Source: Sanchytrium tribonematis (Eukaryota). Taken from it: a DNA stretch of 64,000 nucleotides. Below, one piece after another: positions 20,276-32,800 of the stretch (position 1 is its first letter; the number at the start of each line of letters is the position of its first letter). The notes beneath the pieces were generated by a model. That model was not told the DNA's origin. It searched no databases and worked only from the letters and a program-made list of their open reading frames with translations. Both the position numbers and the translations under genes were made by a program. Location of the stretch: the NCBI GenBank assembly GCA_018985235.1, contig JADGIG010000008.1, positions 1 to 64,000 of the forward strand, in the 5' to 3' direction.

Positions 20276-21193
20276 TTACTTAATTTTTCTTTTCTTCGTG
20301 CTATTGAGGCAAGACGGATGCGCATACTCTGAAGTTTCCGAAAGAATACAATTTTTTAACATCCAGCAATCGTTGTCATCACTCCATATTTTGTCAAACT
20401 TTTCTTTACAGATGAAGCACGAAACGTCCTTCCTTCCATTTGGCGCCGTAGCGTAGAGTGTTTCTTTTGGCTTCTCTTGAATTGTTTCCTGAACAGCTTC
20501 CTCGTCTTGTTGCACCTCATCTATGGTTGTGGGATTAATCCATTCATTGATTAGAGGCCACCATCCTCTTCTAACTTGCGCCGAAATTTCCTGCTTCCTT
20601 CTATTAGATCTAAAATGGGTATCCATATGATTCTCAAATCTATTTGAATTATCAGAAACAAATCTCATTCCACATTGCTGGCATTTGTTTGGAATCTGCT
20701 TGAAGTAAAAATTAATATAATCAGTGATTTGTAAGGGTTTTTTGCTCGTGATCGATTTGAAATCTTGCAACGTGATCAATATTTTTGAACTAAGAATGAC
20801 TGATTTCTCAAAATTGGCTAGAAAATGATTTAATTCATTAACAATAGTGCTGAATAATGGACCGCTTTTTGGTTTGGGCAATTCCACCCAGGTTTTAATT
20901 ACTTTTGGAACAAGATTGCCTTTTTTAATATGTGACAGCCATTTCATGACATACGGCTGAATATCTTTTATATAAACACCACCTACATGCTTTAATATAC
21001 TGTCCAAAACTAATAAAACCAATTCTGTATTTACTGAAGTCGGAAAGGCTTGATCAAATGCCTTTACAATGCTCTCATGATAATCAACATAGTCCTGAGC
21101 TATCATTGTTAATGAATGAATTTGAAATTTGTCATTAACAGCCATGCTTGTCAAGGCTTCTTGAAAGTCTCGGAATAGCAAATCGTTGAACAT
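20276..21193 (-). CDS. PCF11: Cleavage/polyadenylation factor Pcf11 (CID plus zinc fingers)
   Basis: LTMIAQD..LDSILKHVG (CID), CQQCGMRF..HMDTHFRSN, CFICKEKF..W..W...HPSC. Confidence 0.88.
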   Translation of the reverse strand: MFNDLLFRDFQEALTSMAVNDKFQIHSLTMIAQDYVDYHESIVKAFDQAFPTSVNTELVLLVLDSILKHVGGVYIKDIQPYVMKWLSHIKKGNLVPKVIKTWVELPKPKSGPLFSTIVNELNHFLANFEKSVILSSKILITLQDFKSITSKKPLQITDYINFYFKQIPNKCQQCGMRFVSDNSNRFENHMDTHFRSNRRKQEISAQVRRGWWPLINEWINPTTIDEVQQDEEAVQETIQEKPKETLYATAPNGRKDVSCFICKEKFDKIWSDDNDCWMLKNCILSETSEYAHPSCLNSTKKRKIK

Positions 21194-21346
21194 GCAAAAA
21201 GTTTCAAAGATTTCTCCACATTAGTACATTTGCTTTATTATAAGTTCCATATTGTTGCGTTGTGGTGTTTAAATATTAATTAACTAAGCTTATCAAAAAT
21301 TCAAAAGACTTTTGAAGAACAAAATATTTGTGTTTGGGCCGAAATT

Positions 21347-21679
21347 ATGGCAACCGCCAGGAGGAAGTCATTGGTAGAAATACAGGTCCAGAGAGAATAC
21401 CAGAATTTCAAAATTGTCAACAACACCCTATATACTGCAGATGACTATTTCATTAGTATGGATTTCTTGACAAGCAAAGGCTATCGAATTACAAGCCGCG
21501 GCAAGTTGATGCGCAAAGTCACTAGAGGGAATGGGAAAATGATTGAATATAAGGATTCTCCTCGAGAGTTACAAATCATTGAGCGTTTGCAAAATACTAT
21601 AAATGCAGAGAGTACAAGAAGCCACCAATTTGCAGAATTTCGGCCAGATCTGGGCTGGATGTCAAAAAAAATAATTTAA
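21347..21679 (+). CDS. Hypothetical protein
   Basis: 110-aa ATG ORF. Confidence 0.5.
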   Translation: MATARRKSLVEIQVQREYQNFKIVNNTLYTADDYFISMDFLTSKGYRITSRGKLMRKVTRGNGKMIEYKDSPRELQIIERLQNTINAESTRSHQFAEFRPDLGWMSKKII

Positions 21680-21683
21680 TAAA

Positions 21684-21893
21684 CTATTTGCGATACATTG
21701 GCTTTTTGCAATATCGAAGCACATCATCAGCAGGAATATAATTTGCTTCCATGTCGTTTTGCTGTGCGTTAATGATTTGGCTTGATAATGTTATATCTGT
21801 GTAGCCATGAACAAGAGAGGTCAATGGTTTCACGCCAGTTGTGTCGACGCTTTTGATAATATTTACAAATTTCATCATTTCTTTTTTTGTCAT
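21684..21893 (-). CDS. Possible Glu-tRNA(Gln) amidotransferase small subunit (GatC/GatF-like)
   Basis: FVNIIKSVDTTGVKPLTS resembles the GatC 'vDTegVeP' motif. Confidence 0.45.
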   Translation of the reverse strand: MTKKEMMKFVNIIKSVDTTGVKPLTSLVHGYTDITLSSQIINAQQNDMEANYIPADDVLRYCKKPMYRK

Positions 21894-21927
21894 GAGGAGA
21901 AAGAAAATTGTAATTTATTGATAAAGG

Positions 21928-23178
21928 TCATCTATTAGCGCCTTTAAATTCATTGGAGCTACTTAAACTTTTGGCTTTGATGTAAATTTCTTCCTGCAAG
22001 ATCAATTGCTTTGACTGCCAAGAGTTGAATAGATATTTAAGTTCAGGCAGTTTCCCATGGATCATTTCAATCAGTGACTGATTGTCAAGTTGAGAAACTT
22101 CGTATTTGAAGTCTGGATTAAAGTATTTGATAAGTTCAAAAATATTGTTATTGTAGCTTAAAGATGGGTCATTCTGGAAAGCATTCAAATCTTCTTTTCC
22201 ATCGGCAACAATATGATCAAAACCCATATTTTTCAACACCTTGCGATACTCATCCATTGACTCAATGAATGATTTTGCCTCCACTTTTAAATTTTGAATG
22301 GAATTCACCAAATCCATACCACTGTTTTCATTTTCTAGTAGTGATATGAAAGAGCTGTTTAATATTATCAATTTCAGACTGTCTGTAGATTCCAAAGCGT
22401 GAATAATCGCTTGGAACACTTTTTCTTTGATAATTTGAACAACCATTTTTTGAGAATTAGAAGCAGCCTTCTTGATTGCGAAAGAGTCTGGTTTCGGACA
22501 TCCCAAAAGTTTATAAACCTTTTCGTATGCTTGCACAAGTGCCTTACTAGAGCTCATGGAAGTTTTCAAACGCTTAATCGATGAATGAATTTGTCTATTA
22601 ATTATAATATTTTCGTCCTGCACCAGATACTCAAGTTCACCTTTACACTGACGAGGAGCTATCCGCCTGTTGTTCTTGTCTGGAGCAAAAACATCAGCTC
22701 CTGCTTGCAAAAGTATCCACGAGCAATCTTTGAAGTTTTTAATTACAGCAATATGTAAAGGTGTGGATTGAGCAGGAATTTTAGAAAACGCAAGCAACGT
22801 TTTTTGATTTAAATATTTGGGAAATTTTGAGATTACTATTGGTAACAGATTGGGCTTATTGTGCATTACAAGGATGTGTAGAATATTGTATCCATAAGAA
22901 TCGACTGGTGGAATAAAATCGTAGCTCAAAAAGAGTTCAATCACTTTTTCATCAAAGTGAATGTCTAGAGCAGCCCGATATGGATCTAGAGCATCAATAT
23001 CTCTTGGTTTTGTAGGATCGTCGCCATATTCAAGTGCCGCTTTTATTGCTTTGTACATTCGCAATTTGACCAACTCAACAAAAAATGAGGGTGATGTTGT
23101 ACCTTGCTGCAATATACTTTCAGCAACATCGTCCTCATTTTCGACTAGCTGTTTCTCACGATTATTATTTTTCGTCAT
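21928..23178 (-). CDS. Ankyrin repeat protein
   Basis: GYNILHILV and STPLHIAV..LLQAGAD. Confidence 0.75.
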   Translation of the reverse strand: MTKNNNREKQLVENEDDVAESILQQGTTSPSFFVELVKLRMYKAIKAALEYGDDPTKPRDIDALDPYRAALDIHFDEKVIELFLSYDFIPPVDSYGYNILHILVMHNKPNLLPIVISKFPKYLNQKTLLAFSKIPAQSTPLHIAVIKNFKDCSWILLQAGADVFAPDKNNRRIAPRQCKGELEYLVQDENIIINRQIHSSIKRLKTSMSSSKALVQAYEKVYKLLGCPKPDSFAIKKAASNSQKMVVQIIKEKVFQAIIHALESTDSLKLIILNSSFISLLENENSGMDLVNSIQNLKVEAKSFIESMDEYRKVLKNMGFDHIVADGKEDLNAFQNDPSLSYNNNIFELIKYFNPDFKYEVSQLDNQSLIEMIHGKLPELKYLFNSWQSKQLILQEEIYIKAKSLSSSNEFKGANR

Positions 23179-23227
23179 AATTTTCTAATAAATATTTTTT
23201 AAGGGGATTAATCGTTTTATTTTGATC

Positions 23228-25802
23228 CTATTGTGCTTGAGCGCATCTAGAACAGATATCTTCCTCACAAATCTTTTTCCAGCACCTCTTGCATTTCTTC
23301 ATACTAGCTTTTTGTACAGTGATGTCAGCCACATCTTTTAAAATCACTTTTGAGACACCCAACAAGTCACTTAAATCGTCATTAAATGCATTCGGCTTGT
23401 TTGGTAATATTACGTATGCATCCATCGGGCTGGAAACAAATTGATTCTTGATGCTAGAGTCCAAAATTCTATTAACTTGAGTTCTTAATACTGATATCTC
23501 TGCGAAATCATTTTGAATAGATTCATTCTCATAATTCAAATTATCAAAATTTAAATTGAACACAGATTTTTCGTTTCCCAAAACATGATAGGCTTCTTCA
23601 GCTAAAGCTGGGGTAATAGGTGCAATCCATTTTAGAAATGCTAATAAAATAATTTCTAAAGTAAAGATTGCCGATTTGCGTCTTCTGCTATCAATATGGT
23701 CACAATACAGTCTATCTTTAATTGTCTCAAAGTAAGGAGCTGATAGTTTTGATGCTACAAAAAAATTAATAGCCTGCACGACAAGATGGTATTCATATTT
23801 TGAATAATGTGATATAATCAATTTGTGAGATGCTGATAATTCAGATAAAATCCATCTATCAATGGCGGACAAGTCTGTATAGGAAGTCTGCAAGCTTAAT
23901 TTATCATTCAAGTTACCAAGCATGTATTTCACAGCTATCCTCCAGCGCTTTAGATCTTTTCCGACCTGTTCAACAATTCTTTTCCCAATTTGCACATCTT
24001 TTGTAAATTGAGTAGAAGCGCACCAAAATCTAAGACCGTCCACGCCAATTGCTTTAAAACCACTTCCACCATGAATTACTTGCTTCGGATCCACAACATT
24101 GCCTAAACTCTTACTCATTTTTTTGCCTTTTTCATCCAAAACAAATCCGTGGCAAACAATTTGCTTTGTCGGAGATCTGCCATTGATAGCAACAGAAAGC
24201 AGCATTGAACTTTGGAACCAGCCTCTAAACTGATCGTTTCCTTCGATATACACGTCGGCTTGTCCGTTTAGAGTTGACCAAGATACACCACTATCAAACC
24301 AAACATCCATAGTATCATCTTCTTTTGTGAGATACTTTTCCAAATATTTGTATTTTTCTGGTAGAAACTCGCCTACAGGTAGAGTAAACCAAGAATCTGG
24401 TCCTTGACGCTCAATGATGCGATATATTTGATCCAATATATCATCTGTCATGTATGGCTTGTTATTTCTCTTATCATACATCATTGGAATTGCGACTCCC
24501 CAAAACCTAAATCAAATTAAAATACCTTTGCCTTGAAATGCACCATTCGGCTCTGGAGGTGATACTTTTTGAAAGCTTTTCCTTTCCAAAATTAGGTACA
24601 AATTGAGTTGCATTAATGCATTCTAGCGACAATTCTTTCAGTTTGTCTACTCTGCAAAAATACTGCAAGGCGGATCGGGTTATTATTGGTTGCTTTTTTC
24701 TCCAGTCAACAGGATAAGAATGTTTATAAGGCTCAACTGCTAAAAGATTTCTATTATTTCTTAGTAGCTCAATAACTTTCACGGTCCCAGCTTCTAAAGC
24801 CTGTAAGCCGATAAGTTCTGGAATTCCGCAGTTTGGATCAAACTCACCCGACTCGTTAACAGGACAATAAACTTTGATGTTTTCTTTCTTTGCCACGATA
24901 AAGTCTTCCATTCCATGTCCTGGCGCGATGTGAACTAAGCAGGTTTGTCCGTCAGTTACATGATCACTATGAACAATACGATGGCGAGTAGATAGCAAAG
25001 GGTGTAAATAAGTTTGAGTCAGAAGCTCTTCAACTTCAATTTTTTCTGTTCCTAATAAGGAGGAGTTCTTTATGTGCTCTAATTTTTTAATGAAGGATTT
25101 ACCAACGATAATAGTTTCATCTCGGAATATACATTTTACGTATTCTAAAGATCTGTTCAAAGATACAGCCATATTAGCCGGTATTGTGTAGGGCGTTGTA
25201 GTCCACACGAGAAGGGAAATTCCACGGTCTAGTTGACAACGCACAAAAACTGACTGACTAGTTATATCTTCATATTCGATTTCGGCTTCGGCTAATGCTG
25301 TTTGATTTGCTGGAGACCAGTAAACAGGCTTATAATCTCGGTAAATTAAGCCTGATTTGTAAAGATGATTAAATATTTTCATTTGTTTAATTACATAGCT
25401 TGTATCCATAGTTTTGTAAGGATTTTTCCAATCACCAAGTATATTCCAAGATTGAAATTGCAAGCTCTGCTGTTTCAGACAGCTAAGGGCATATTGTCTA
25501 GCTTCTGAACGAATTTCCAGTGGATTTTTTGCCTTTTGTCGGGCTTTCAATTCTACTGGAAGACCGTGAGTATCAAACCCTGGTCTCATGTAAACTTGGT
25601 TGCCCCGAAGAAGTCTATACCTCAAGGTTATATCTTTAATAATTTTGTTAAGCGCATGGCCAATATGCAAATTACCTGAACAATAAGGCGGTCCATCGTG
25701 AATGACAAAAGAAGGGCCAGTCTTAGTAGGCATCTCTTTCTCGACGTAAGACGTTGAATTTTTTAATTTGGTAACGGGTAAGCGGACTTTTGCTATTTGC
25801 AT
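23228..25802 (-). CDS. ISM1: Isoleucyl-tRNA synthetase, mitochondrial type; one intron
   Basis: HDGPPY, HIGH, WTTTP, spliced WCISRQR|FWGVAIP, GNDQFRGWF, KMSKS, C-terminal CxRC zinc site. Confidence 0.93.
24507..24525 (-). other. 19-nt intron GTATTTTAATTTGATTTAG
   Basis: Restores the invariant SRQRxWGxxIP motif. Confidence 0.96.
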
Positions 25803-25848
25803 TGTGCAATTGAAATTCTTGGAATATCTCCTGGATTTCACATCAGCT

Positions 25849-26202
25849 ATGTCTGGCAATCTAGATTTGAACGGAATAACCTCGCAACTCAATCAGCTAC
25901 ACGGACCTCTAGAACAGCTTGTAGAATTTAATACTATGAATTGGCAGCAAATTCAATCTTCTTATCAGATTATAATTGAGAGGTTTCAAAGGCTTATCGA
26001 TGGAATTGGAGAGAATCTTGAACAAACCTTATTGTACCCATTTAAGCCAACCGGTACTAAAGCATTATATCCAATGGTGTATTTGCGCTCAAAACCTGAG
26101 CCCTTTATCGAGGATTACCTAAATGACTTGAAAGGTGTCGATACTAGTGAAGAATATGATGCCGAAATCGAGGCAGCTTTGCTGCTATTTGAGGAGGAAT
26201 AA
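25849..26202 (+). CDS. MED8: Mediator subunit Med8-like (short)
   Basis: W..I...Y.II, LLYP and YLRSKPEPFIE, similar to Med8 LRTKPxPEVE. Confidence 0.7.
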   Translation: MSGNLDLNGITSQLNQLHGPLEQLVEFNTMNWQQIQSSYQIIIERFQRLIDGIGENLEQTLLYPFKPTGTKALYPMVYLRSKPEPFIEDYLNDLKGVDTSEEYDAEIEAALLLFEEE

Positions 26203-26303
26203 TAATCGAACTGTTTTGTTAAATAAAACGTATTGCTGATATTTACTTGCTGTGATCCTTGGCATTAACAGATTTTTTCGTGCAAATCTCCTCATTTCAA
26301 ATT

Positions 26304-27299
26304 ATGTCCAAAGTTTCCAATGACTCTCGGAATTCTCCGTTGCAAGATCTAATTCTTATACAGGCTGGCCAGGCGCCAATTGATAATAATATCTTATCTT
26401 TGAAAAACCAGTTTACTGAATATGAAAATTTAACGCAACCAAGTATGACAAATTTAAGTAATCGAAAAATCAGAGTTATCAGGAAAAATGACAATGCTAA
26501 AGTTTGCCTAGTTAAGAATGAGGGAGCCAATGCACTTTTTAGTAACCTTGTAAATAAAGTTCCTGAAGATATGGAGGTTATGCAAATAGAGCAACATCCT
26601 GTTTTACCAGATAAATTATTGTTGCCAACGGGGAAAGAACCTAGGCTTGAAAGGACCGTCGAAAATATGTACTCTTCTTTTGGAAGTCATTTGCCAAACA
26701 GAGACACAACTAATGCAGTGCTCGGGGAAAGAGAGAGTGCACTTTTACGCAGGAAAAGAAATTTTCAAAGGAAGAGAATGAAAGAGCTTACAATATATAG
26801 AGACATAGATCTAAATTCTCTTGTTTTGCAACATATTTCTAAAGCCCACAATAGTGAAATGTCAGAACGCTTCCAAAATAACCCAGATAGTCAAGAAGCA
26901 ATAGAAGAAAAATTAAATTTTTTGATACTATGGATTAATGAGATAAAACGATTAAAACTAGATAGAAACTCTAAGAATTCCACACAAATACTATTAGAGG
27001 CCTTGTATAAGCAACAACTTGTAGAACACATTAAGATTTGTTCTACAAAGGGACAAACTTCAAAATATATGTATAGACATGAAAATGAGAGTATTCAAGC
27101 AATGATGAACAGAATCATAATCAGATCCCCACAATACCAAGGAAGTTTGCCTCCCGACAAGCCATTTGCGCATACAAGTGGTCTTGTTGATGAAACTCCG
27201 AAGCTCGCCAATAGTGCACCGGAATATACTCCAAATTGTAGCGACATCGAAAATTATCACATATTAAAAAAACTGGCGTCCATACCAAATACAACGTGA
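26304..27299 (+). CDS. Hypothetical protein with basic (NLS-like) segment
   Basis: Long ORF with LLRRKRNFQRKRMKE. Confidence 0.6.
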   Translation: MSKVSNDSRNSPLQDLILIQAGQAPIDNNILSLKNQFTEYENLTQPSMTNLSNRKIRVIRKNDNAKVCLVKNEGANALFSNLVNKVPEDMEVMQIEQHPVLPDKLLLPTGKEPRLERTVENMYSSFGSHLPNRDTTNAVLGERESALLRRKRNFQRKRMKELTIYRDIDLNSLVLQHISKAHNSEMSERFQNNPDSQEAIEEKLNFLILWINEIKRLKLDRNSKNSTQILLEALYKQQLVEHIKICSTKGQTSKYMYRHENESIQAMMNRIIIRSPQYQGSLPPDKPFAHTSGLVDETPKLANSAPEYTPNCSDIENYHILKKLASIPNTT

Positions 27300-27315
27300 A
27301 AATAAACCAATTAAT

Positions 27316-28008
27316 TTACTTGCTCTTATATTGATGATTGCCGCTCTTGTGGCAGTTTAAAACGGATTCCATAGACATGATGCCACATAGTCTCCAAGGA
27401 GATGTATAATTAGCAGATTTTGACTTTTCAGCAAAAATATATTCCGTCACTTTTTCATTTTCTATCCTGTTTTCTTTGCCATTCATAATTGTTCTGGCAT
27501 TTAGAATCGAGGAAACCTTCATTGTTAGTTGAAAAAGATACTCATAACTTTGACCAGGTTGCTCCATTTGACCTGGTATATATTTTAAGACTTTTGGAAT
27601 CATAAAGTTGACACTTTCAAGAGAAGTGTCTATGGATGTAAATTTTACCTCGGAGGTGACTTCCTTGATTATTTTCTTTTGCATCTTTTGTGTAAGAAGA
27701 GGACTACAAACGTTTGCAATTCTAGCTTTATTAGCAGAGGCGATTCCTTCATAAAGTTCCTTATAAAGATCCTTAATTTCAGAATGAAAGCCATTTAACT
27801 TGTAATATTTCATAAATGACAGACCAATATATTTTTTAAAACTTTTTTTTGCTTTTGTCGTCATTCCTTCAAATTTGTTCATTTTGTATGTTTCGACCCA
27901 GGGAATAGGAACGTATGCATCGATTATTTGATCTGCTCCCTTCATTTTATGCTGCTTGCTGACCATTTGTGCTTTTACAGATGATAGAAGTGTCTTTGTA
28001 CGAATCAT
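27316..28008 (-). CDS. Tim44-like domain protein (MRPL45/Mba1-like)
   Basis: Basic presequence-like N-terminus; KDLYKELYEGIA, QLTMKV, VTEYIFAEK, PWRLCG. Confidence 0.65.
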   Translation of the reverse strand: MIRTKTLLSSVKAQMVSKQHKMKGADQIIDAYVPIPWVETYKMNKFEGMTTKAKKSFKKYIGLSFMKYYKLNGFHSEIKDLYKELYEGIASANKARIANVCSPLLTQKMQKKIIKEVTSEVKFTSIDTSLESVNFMIPKVLKYIPGQMEQPGQSYEYLFQLTMKVSSILNARTIMNGKENRIENEKVTEYIFAEKSKSANYTSPWRLCGIMSMESVLNCHKSGNHQYKSK

Positions 28009-28038
28009 CTCTCCAAGTTTGAAAACGTCCAGCCAAAT

Positions 28039-28851
28039 ATGGATGATAAGGAATTTCTCAAGCGACTTAAAGAAGTAAACAAATTTAAAACTAAAGAGGA
28101 ATATTCAAAGAACGCTTTTGTCAAAATTGGTCCAAATTTATCATTTATATCTGATAATTTAGACGAAATTCCATTTCAGCCTATATCAAAGGAAAATTTG
28201 TTGGAAATACATTGCAATTATGAATCGACCTATTATGAAGAATGGAAAATATTTGTTCCAATAAAAAGAACAGAGCATTGTAATTCATTTTACATTTTGA
28301 GATGCCAGGATGTTGTCAAATATATTCAAAAAAATATATACCCTTTCAACAAACATTTTGTGGTTTTTATATATGACACTGAAAATTACTTTAAGCAAGA
28401 AACAAAGAACTTTACAAAAGTGATGAACAACAAGCAGGTCGATTGGAACAAGATAATATCCAGACAGCAACTTGATTCTTGGATGCTTAGTGGTTTATTG
28501 TCAGGCTACAAGATTTTATTGACCCAAAAAGATAAATTACCACTTACAATTCGGCAATATTGTAAACTTGCTGCTCACAAGCCTTATCGGGAAATCATGG
28601 AAAAAGGAGCTTCAGTGAGTAGGTGTGGAGACAGTCCTCAGGAAATATGGTATCGTATGATTGAAAGCATACCCAGAATTAGGAAAAACGATATAGGCAA
28701 ATTTATGATTGAATTTCCAAACATCAAAAGTTTCATTGAAAAAGTTGATCGGTTTGAACGCTCGTTTCCTCAACAAGGCTATAAAACAATCAAATCGGTA
28801 GGTTCTGCTATAGCTATGAAAATTTACAAAATTATATACGGCTTGGATTAA
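28039..28851 (+). CDS. EME1: Eme1/Mms4-like ERCC4-domain subunit
   Basis: CGDSPQEIWYRMIESIPRI, FPNIKSF, VGSAIAMKIYKI (HhH C-terminus). Confidence 0.65.
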   Translation: MDDKEFLKRLKEVNKFKTKEEYSKNAFVKIGPNLSFISDNLDEIPFQPISKENLLEIHCNYESTYYEEWKIFVPIKRTEHCNSFYILRCQDVVKYIQKNIYPFNKHFVVFIYDTENYFKQETKNFTKVMNNKQVDWNKIISRQQLDSWMLSGLLSGYKILLTQKDKLPLTIRQYCKLAAHKPYREIMEKGASVSRCGDSPQEIWYRMIESIPRIRKNDIGKFMIEFPNIKSFIEKVDRFERSFPQQGYKTIKSVGSAIAMKIYKIIYGLD

Positions 28852-28896
28852 ATTCTGAACAATAAAAATAGATTTCTTTTTTTTGAAACAATTGTA

Positions 28897-29856
28897 ATGA
28901 AAGAAAGGCTTAAAAACGGTTTAAGACGAAGAGTTTTTGCTGCTTCTAAGGGTATCAAAAATTTGTTATTGAGCGACGCTTCGATAAATTCGAGCATGTG
29001 CCAACAACAATGCCATCATTTTTTCACCCTTATTTTATCAAATATGGATCAGTTGTTGCCTCAGAAGTATTTTCAAAGCCTCGAAAGCATCGCATATTGT
29101 TTATCACTCGATAAAATACCAGCCAGACATGGTTATACACCTTTCATTTGCGAGATAGTTATAGAAATAATTTCTCTCCCAATTACTTGTCGCTTATTTG
29201 AAGTTGCCGATTTATTGAGGAAAAGAGGATTTATTGGAGAGTTTTGGATAGTGTTGAATGCTATTGCGGCTAGGGTTTTAAACAATTATGAATACGAGGT
29301 TGCCAAATTTTATACCAAACAATGGAAAATGAATGGAAAAATATACGAATTTCAATACCAAAACCAAAGTCTACCATCAATCATGAATGACATGTTTAAG
29401 CAAGATGATGTTTCCAAAGTTTTATACCTCATGAAAAGTATTAAGACATTTCATTTCTACAGTTATTGTGAAAATCTTGGGAACATAATCCATGAGCTAT
29501 GTGATTTCGAGATATGCCAATTTATGGAGGAAATAGAAGACTTGATAGATAATCGCCTTTTAAATGTTAAAATAGATCCCTTTGCAGTCCTATATTTAAT
29601 ATTTTGTTGTTTTAAACACAAAGTGGATTGGTCATCTCAACTACTGCAAAATGTATATGGCTACATAAAAGCTGTTGAGATAGAATATGGATACGGCAAA
29701 GTTGTCGATTTTTTAAGCAAATTTAAACCAGGTATTTCCCAATCGTTGCAGTTTTTTTTCGAAACTAGTTTGAATTCCAAATTTGACAAAAATGTCCAAT
29801 ATTTCAATCACCCCCATTTTCTGATTCTAATGAAAGAAAATCCATCGGACATATAA
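28897..29856 (+). CDS. Hypothetical helical protein
   Basis: 319-aa ORF. Confidence 0.6.
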   Translation: MKERLKNGLRRRVFAASKGIKNLLLSDASINSSMCQQQCHHFFTLILSNMDQLLPQKYFQSLESIAYCLSLDKIPARHGYTPFICEIVIEIISLPITCRLFEVADLLRKRGFIGEFWIVLNAIAARVLNNYEYEVAKFYTKQWKMNGKIYEFQYQNQSLPSIMNDMFKQDDVSKVLYLMKSIKTFHFYSYCENLGNIIHELCDFEICQFMEEIEDLIDNRLLNVKIDPFAVLYLIFCCFKHKVDWSSQLLQNVYGYIKAVEIEYGYGKVVDFLSKFKPGISQSLQFFFETSLNSKFDKNVQYFNHPHFLILMKENPSDI

Positions 29857-29862
29857 CATTTA

Positions 29863-32800
29863 TTACCCAAATATTTGTTCCACCGTCCATTTTGACTTTT
29901 CGAGTTGCTTTCGTCTCTTTTTCCTTCTAGGCGTCAATTTAGACTCAGTTGGGCTTAAGCCTGTATTCAGTTCAATCGACATTTGAAATGATTCAAAAAT
30001 TGGAGTGAATTCATGATATTCTTGCATCACGTCTGCGATTCTAGCATCATGGAGACTTGATGTATTTTTTGTGAGTTGCAGCATCGCTATATTATAATCA
30101 CATATTAATTTGCAAATGAAATAAAAATCCTTTTTAAAATCAATCGAGCAGTCATCGGGGCAGTTTTTGACAAGCTCAAAAATAAGGCCAAACCCCATAC
30201 AATTTGACAAAAGTTCTGGTTGAAAATCATGTGAATGTTTTGTGAATGTACTTTTTAATTCTTGTAATCCATAAGCACCATTCAATAGTCCAAAGTAGTA
30301 TTTTCTCAAATAAGCATCATTAATAATATACATGTAGAGCAAATTTCTAATTAGCATATAGCTTATAGGATCAGAATCTTTGTATTTACATTGTAAAAGT
30401 ATTTTGACTACTTTTTCAGATTTGGAATATTTTAATTTCATAAGAGTTCCCAAAACAGCTTCGCAATTTCCATCGAATGATGTTTGAGGAAGAATATTTA
30501 GATTGTGGTACTCACGATCAATTTCACTGATCAGATGAGCATTATTGATTCGAAGGTCAGTGTGAGATGGAACAGTTGAATGCTTGTTAAGCAAACCTAA
30601 GATATTGGCGGTAGTTCTTTTTAAATCTTCAGAAAAATGCTCAAATGATCTCAAAAGTATGTCAACCAAATAATCACAATTAACTTTTGTATTTCCACTA
30701 ACCAAAAGCTTCAAAAGAATCAGGTAAGGATAGTAATCTTCTTTTTGGTATTCCAAGAAATACTCCGTATTTCTTACGGCTAATTGTACTACAAACTCTA
30801 AAATAACTTCTCGTTCTTCGATTTCAGATACTAGCAGGACTTTATACAGGTTGCTAATGCTATTTCTGAACAGTAAAGAATCCTTAGAAGAATCTTTTCT
30901 TGCCAAGTTGTCTTCAATAGTAAAAGAATGTAAAAGATTAATATTTAAGGATGTATAAATAGATTGCCACAACAACGGTTTTAACGGAATATTCACAAAA
31001 TCGTTTGAAAATTTAGCATTACTTCGGAGGTGAAGGAATATGTTATTTAAAACATACCCAAAAATTGCCATTGAATTATCGTCATGTTGTAGATCAATTT
31101 GAATTGCAAAATTTGTCAGATCCTCAGAGATTAATTCAAATATGGATTGAAGTTTTTTCAGCAAACTTAGATTACTGAAATATAGCAAGGCAGTATGTAG
31201 ATTTTGATTTTCAGCTATCAAACTACCTGTCTCGCGAACAATTTCAGCACTGGTCAGGGAGGAAGATCTGAACAACACGTCCATCAAATTGCTGTTGACA
31301 AATGACACTTTTCTTGATGCAATGATCAGCAATATATCTCTTATGTCAATCAAATTTACGACTTGTGTCAAAAAGTCTGCTACAATAGAAATATCCAGAC
31401 ATTGCTTTAAAATAAAAGGATCTTGCATGAAAATATGAAGTGGTTGAGCAGAAGCTTCAAATTCTGGCTCAAATCGTGTCAAATGCTCTGTTACTTTCTC
31501 TAATATTGATTTATACGGGATTAAATCAATTTTGTAGTGTCTGGATTGCCGTAATAACATTGTCAAGTATTTGATGTATAGTAAAAATGAATCTCCCTCA
31601 ATCTTGCCTAATTTTTGGAGCAAATCCACAATCATTGTTTTAGGCAACATAATTTGACAATCTGCCAAATCTTCCAAGGTGCTTTTTTCGTAGAATTTTA
31701 CAATCTTATCATATAAATCAGGATTTAAAAATTGTACGTTTTTATCTACGCAATGTACAAGATTAATTGGTTCCAAGTCAGTCGTCATATAAATTTTAAA
31801 GTGTTTCAAAATCAAACAGCACGGAAGTTGAACCTCGTGATTTTTAAGATTTGACTTGCAATAAACAATAAGCTTGTTTAAGTCTAGAGAGTCAAGCAAT
31901 ACCTGTTTATAGTAATCTGATTGCTCATGATTCAATTTGTTTTGCATAATGTATGTGCAGTATAAAATAGAATATACAATTCTGGAGTCTCCATCACTAT
32001 CGCTTGTAACGTCGTTTAATGTAAAGCAGCATTTTAGAATTATATCGGGGTGAATTGGAAGATACGGGTGGTATTCACTAAAATAACTGAGGATATAAGC
32101 ATTTGATGATAGATATTTAAAAACGGCATGCATAAGGGAAATTGAGTCAAATTTGTAAAACATCTGTATTAAAGGGGGATCTAATGGAAAGAGCTGAAGA
32201 ACAATATCAATGGACCTATGGCTTAATCCGATCTCTTTCGTAGCATGGCAAGTATTTAGTAAAACTTTAATAAATAAGCTTGTTTCCTCGGGATGGGCAA
32301 AATTAGCTAAATATCGATCCAATTGATGAATCATACTGCTTTTTTTACTATAAGGCAAATTATTCAAAACGTTATTGTAGTAGTCGATAATCTTAATCCT
32401 GTCTTCAAGTTTACCATAAATCAATATTGGGGTTAATAAAACATCAATTGAGATATTTGCATGCCAAACTACCTCGTTTTTCCTAACACATGTGCCATTT
32501 ATATCAATCAACTTGAGAAGTGGGAAAAAATCTCCTTTGGAATATTGCTGCAACGTGAAATTTAGCGGATCAAGTGTAAATCCTAGAATTAAATCGTGTT
32601 CGTTTTTGGCAAAAACTTTTAGCGGAAGATCATTATATTGCTCAAGAACAGTGCAATTGTTCACAAATGGTAAGCAAAGATCAGACTGTAATTGTTTATG
32701 TATAAATGGGAGTAAAGTGAATAATTCTTGCATCCTTGAAGGTAGGTTACTCAGTATGTATTGGAGCAATGCACCACTCGAAATATCAAACATAAAATCA